Positions 62,805 to 64,000 of a stretch of 64,000 nt of DNA are shown piece by piece. The DNA is from Amoebidium appalachense (Eukaryota > Protista > Ichthyosporea): assembly GCA_963693365.1 (NCBI GenBank), contig CAVNZM010000016.1, positions 1,433,538 through 1,497,537 of the forward strand, given 5' to 3'. The notes below the pieces were generated by a model. That model saw only the letters and a list, made by a program, of their open reading frames with translations. It was not told the origin of the DNA and searched no databases. Both the position numbers and the translations under genes were made by a program. Position 1 is the stretch's first letter; every line of letters starts with the position of its first letter.

Positions 62805-62840
<36 letters not shown>

Positions 62841-63218
62841 ATGTATGTGTGCATGTGTGGGTGTGTCTGTGTGTGTGTGTGCCGTAGCCAATCAGCAAGA
62901 GACTAGCTAAAGACGGGAATATGCAACACAGCTCGGGCGGGTGGGTGGGGCTAAGTAGGGGCCGACGGGGAAACAAAGCTTAGACGAGTAGAACGAGTTG
63001 CTGCCTATATACCATAGTCGGCTCCCTAGTGGCCACTGATTGTTGGAACACTATTCCAACCAATCAGTTGGCCTAACTACATCTCTAAATAGAGCTTGAT
63101 GAATCAAGCGAAGTATTTAGATATGTTGTTGCTATCTGCGACCACATTCTTAATTTACAGAAATAATACACAAAGCTGGATGGCAGGAGCGGCGCGGCGA
63201 GTGATTTTCGTCCAATCA

Positions 63219-63700
63219 TTAAGGGGGGCGGGTGCTGCCGTCCAATAGTAAGGCACGCATCTGCCAAGACCGGACACCGACCGGAAACACCACTAGATCT
63301 TCGGGGGCTATAGGTCCGTGTGGGCCTGTGCCATCCCTTGCATCACTGGCCACCATAAGGCGGTGTCCCACACCGGGACCACTAATATTCCCTGCGCACG
63401 TTCCCGCTGAATCTTCGCCACTGTCCGCTTGATCAACGGAAACGGTGGCGCCCACCAGCTGGGGGCCTGCCATTCGGTGGCAAGCCCATCCTGCCCACCG
63501 CTCACGGGGACCACTGCGGTCCATGTGTGAAACGTGGGTTTGACTGCTGTCACGGGTGTAGCAAACCGATCCACCGCCGTGTGCAATCCGAGTGTCTGCT
63601 CGATACGCTCGACCCCCCGCAGGGGTAACCGACCACTCGTGGCGAGGATCAATCCACGACAACCAATCCGCACGGTCGTTCACTTCGCCCGGAATGCATT
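63219..63700 (-). pseudogene. DIRS-type retrotransposon fragment: RNase H C-terminus + Dam-like N6-adenine methyltransferase domain
   Basis: NDRADWLS (RH end), VDRFAT, QDGLATEW, WWAPPFPLIKRTVAKIQRERAQGILVVPVWDTALWWP, spread over shifted frames with a stop. Confidence 0.8.
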
Positions 63701-64000
63701 AATATTCCCGGCCCCCCAAAAAACCTCGAACGAAATTCCCCGTCGGCCCCTACTTAGCTGTAGAGGGCCGACACACGGCAGGAGGCTCGGCTTAGCTCGG
63801 TAGGGCGGCGTGGCGCCCGGGTAGCAGTTGTGGAGCGTAATTGGCAGTGGTGGGTAAATCTAAATAGACATCTATTTGCGTAGGGGTGAGCTGCACCCAC
63901 GAGGTTTTTTTTTTTTGGGGGGATATTAATGCAGGTTTTTGTTTATTTTATATGCGCCTCAATAGTCCCTGCATCCCCTTAAAGCTTTTCCGCTTTAAAA

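Overview
Eukaryotic nuclear DNA with spliceosomal GT-AG introns and very dense (CA)n, (GA)n and poly-G/C tracts. The PAN/EGF, bZIP, Ras and DIRS content would fit a unicellular holozoan or other protist, but taxon is inference only. Host genes: (1) a minus-strand, 11-exon secreted protein gene (signal peptide, 7 near-identical tandem PAN/Apple exons, a divergent PAN, an EGF domain, an S/T linker and a PAN); all internal exons are symmetric phase 1 and the last exon is hit by a TRIM; (2) a plus-strand 6-7 exon bZIP transcription factor with one exon tandemly duplicated; (3) an intronless Ras-family GTPase with Pro at the G12 position and no CaaX Cys, plus a decayed 3' duplicate that has the Cys; (4) a head-to-head pair of small signal-peptide genes, one converted into a hairpin; (5) a frameshifted ankyrin-like ORF. 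Mobile DNA: a tyrosine-recombinase retroelement 3' end with split direct repeats, a Copia-type TRIM, a full-length dead Copia with 5-bp TSD, a second truncated Copia, an internally deleted piggyBac-like transposon and a DIRS RNase H/adenine-methyltransferase fragment. An organelle-like tRNA-Val lies in a probable NUMT. The best candidate for a new system is the recombining, in-frame-skippable PAN exon cassette array. All calls come from manual reading; no searches were run.
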